DNA of 64,000 nucleotides from Podospora anserina (Eukaryota): NCBI GenBank assembly GCA_017654855.1, contig CM030335.1, positions 3,782,001 to 3,846,000 of the forward strand, read 5' to 3'. Shown piece by piece: positions 61,170 to 64,000 of this stretch (position 1 is its first letter; each line of letters starts with the position of its first letter). The notes under the pieces were generated by a model. It saw only the letters and a program-made list of their open reading frames with translations, ran no database searches and was not told where the DNA came from. The position numbers and the translations under genes were made by a program.

Positions 61170-64000
61170 CTACCATATCCTCCGAGCGACCATCTCATAC
61201 CTCACGACGCCGCTGAAATCCTTTTCCTTTTCCCTCTCTTCCTTGTCCCGATTTCTCTTGTCTCGCTCCTGCACTTTGCGCAGCCCTTCTGGGTCGTCAG
61301 CAAAGATCCACCTCCTCCTGTCATCCCCGACTTCCACGTTTCCATAGCCGCCAACCCGTCTGCCCTTGGCGTCAAAGCTCTCGCGTTCTTGTTTGCCAAT
61401 GGCGATGGCATGCTCCTTCATCTTCATCTTGGCGTACCGGTCTCTCGAGTACCGCAGCAGCACCATGCCCAGCAGCATCTTGATAATCAACAGCAACAAA
61501 AAGACGAGCAGGAAAACAACAACCATGGTCAAGCCGGCGATGATGTCATCCGAGGTGAACTGCCACCTCATCCAAAGCTTGGTGCCCATTCCCGCCTGCG
61601 CCGCAGCGGCTACCTGTTCCGATGTGGCATTGTCTGGGGAGGAAACGAGATCGGGGTAGGGCGAACCGTAAACCGCCCGGCCGAGGGCGTTGCGGATGAG
61701 ATTGTCCAGCCTGTCCAGGGCAGCCACCATGGCTGGGGATGGGGCGGCCGAGTCCACCGACAAGGCCGTCTGTGTTGATGGCGGCAAAGGCGTCGGCAGG
61801 TGCGTGGCTAGGAACATGTTATAGATCTGCACAGATGCCCTAATAAAGAGGCAGGATAAGGGCATAACAGGAAGGCCAAGGCGGCGAGTTAGTGAGGGGG
61901 TTACGAAGGCCTGGGGGTGACAGGTTAGCGACGGAACAATGACAGGGACTTTGAGAAAGGGTGGGGGCTGTGCCTACATTAGTGTAGTAATCCTTGCAGA
62001 GAATATCAAGAATCCGGCTGTAAAACGTCGGTTTGATGTTGTTGAATTTGTTCACGAAAGCGTGCTTGACCCAGTCCACAACCATTTCACTGCCAATCAC
62101 GACAAAAAAGGGAGACAAAACCTCGCCAGACCAGAGCCACGACGGCATGATGGTGAAGCTAGCCGGGAGTATCGATGAGGTGTGAAGCGGAAAACTGCTC
62201 GGGCCGCCATCGTCGCCGCCCGCGCCCGGAACCCAGAATCCTCCCACTTCCACAATGTTGCGCATGGCGATAATGACGAGCATGATCCAGAGCTGAAAAC
62301 GCTCCACAATGTCGGCGCAGGCTAGCTGAAACGTGTTCTCCTTTTCGAAGCGTTTAAAGACGGAGCTCTTGATCTCCACGAACTGATTCGACAAGAGCAG
62401 CGTCATCAGCGCATTCGAGTACGAGTTGACAGCAACATTGAGCGCAATGACCTGGTAGAACAGGATGACAGAGTGTAAAATGTTGTACACAAGAGCACCT
62501 AGAAACATGCCCAGCGGAAGCATAACCTTGGAGCGGCCAGAGCTATTCCTAGACAGCGTCTCGGCACTAAACAAGCACTCCAAAACGTCCTGACCAAGAG
62601 CCGACATGAGCCGGTCTCCTACTTCGAGCAGGTTGTAGATGGCGTATAGTTTGATGGCGGACTGTGCACGGATGAAATGGTACATCCGGCTGGCGTCTAG
62701 GTTCATCAGGGCAACGGAGCTGCAAATAATGATGGCACCTTGCAAAAGATCGGCCTTGTTGTACGACGTCAGATTCGATGGGCTTGACTTGGTTCGTCGA
62801 TGTCGAAAGGTCCTCGGCGGCCGGTTGCTTGGTCGCTTAGACAACGGAACCGAACCGCCGCTGTGTGTACGAGAGGTCTCACGGCGACGAGAGGTTGGCT
62901 CGCCGGCAGCAGCAGAGACCCCAGAGGACTGGCCCCCGACGCCATCCCCTACATCGCGTGCCCTGCTACGGCTCCTAGACTCATCCATTTGGCCCAAATC
63001 ATGGTGGTTGATCTTGGACGTAGACCTGCCACGCCGTCCTCTCTCCCACATGCGTCCAAGCCCGTACCAGACAAAACCGACCAGCCACCTTGCTTCTTTT
63101 TGTAGGACATGGCACCACCACTGAACCAAGATAGAAAGCGAAAGACAAAATCGCATTGGCAGAATTGTAAATGTCCAAAGCCAAGCATCCAAGCAAGCCA
63201 GCGCCCCAAAGATGATGGTTCTTTCCAGAAACCACGGGAGCATCATGACGTTTTTGAGACGCTCAAACTTGACCGCACTAGATTCGTAGGGTATATCGGT
63301 GGTATAGGAGTGGTGAATGTACAACGGACTGGGCCGCTGACCTGCCAATTCCAGCTGAAGAAGCGTAGGGACCGACATTGGCGGCAGCGGTACCGATGGC
63401 GGTACAGGTGAAGGAGGGATGTCTTCCGCGGCGTCACCCCTCCTAGGTGCCGGCTGTTTAGACGTTTCCGAAGCGTGATTTCCCTTGCCTTCTAGATCAA
63501 GAGGGGCGGGCCGAGGAGGCGGTTGAAAAGAATTGCGCCGATTCGAGGAGGGCGACTGCGCAGGAGGTTGACTCGTCGACTTTCGTCTGCTCATTGGCGG
63601 CGTAGACAACGTCCTTCCACCCAGATTCGGGCGTGCCTGAAAGGTTGGTCGTGCGTTTCCCGCATCCTGTCGAGTATCCAAGCCGTCCACCCGTGGAAAC
63701 TCGTGACGATCGGCCACAGCGGTCCGGCTGATGGTCTCGGCGATTCCCGCGCTCAACGGTTGATCTGCTAGCCTGCGCTCTGGCACGGCAGCCACTGGGA
63801 GGGATTCGGGGGCTGCAGTCAGCTCTTGCATTTTGGAGGCTGACAGTCTCCTCACGCCGCCGCCCGGGTTGCTTGTTTTTGTGTTTGACCGACTTCGTGT
63901 CTTGGGGACGGCGACGGTCGTCTGGTTCAGAATTTCGGGCTTTGCATCGTGGCTGTTCCCTTCAGAGGAGGATAGCTCCGCTGAGGGCTCGACATCGCTT
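61170..64000 (-). CDS. Tapt1/Emp65 (DUF747) ER membrane protein, 5' end outside the window
   Basis: Contains FGALACLDAWLWTFTILPMR, DASRMYHFIRAQSAIKLY, LNVAVNSYSNALMTLLLSNQFVEIKSSVFKRFEKENTFQ and DWVKHAFVNKFN. Intron about 61912-61976 leads to TRRLGLP. The frame stays open to the window edge. Confidence 0.88.

Overview
Intron-containing filamentous ascomycete DNA, most likely Sordariales and probably the Podospora anserina species complex. This is inferred from a mod-A gene whose spliced product is 687 aa. From left to right the window holds an amidohydrolase-type aromatic acid decarboxylase, a secreted Thr-rich protein, a GH10 xylanase, a class I terpene synthase, a frameshifted membrane-protein pseudogene and an FAD aromatic hydroxylase. 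Next comes a compact fungal RiPP (dikaritin-type) locus: a secreted Kex2-repeat precursor carrying 4 identical DGTTEFDPDLAF cores, divergently paired with two DUF3328/UstYa oxidases, each with two HxxHC motifs once spliced. It is followed by a PTH11-like membrane protein, an aspartic protease, a DUF1264 gene, mod-A, a hypothetical gene, a RIP-like AT-rich patch with two inverted solo LTRs and a HET-domain gene. A ferrichrome-type siderophore pair follows (NRPS sidC/NPS2 plus ornithine monooxygenase sidA, with five SreA-type ATCWGATAA boxes upstream), then two hypothetical genes, a WW/FF splicing-factor-like gene and a 5'-truncated Tapt1/Emp65 gene. The most interesting item is the RiPP locus: its core lacks Tyr and ends in LAF like the victorin core, and I do not recognise it as a characterised compound. 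All splice models were read by eye and no database searches were run.
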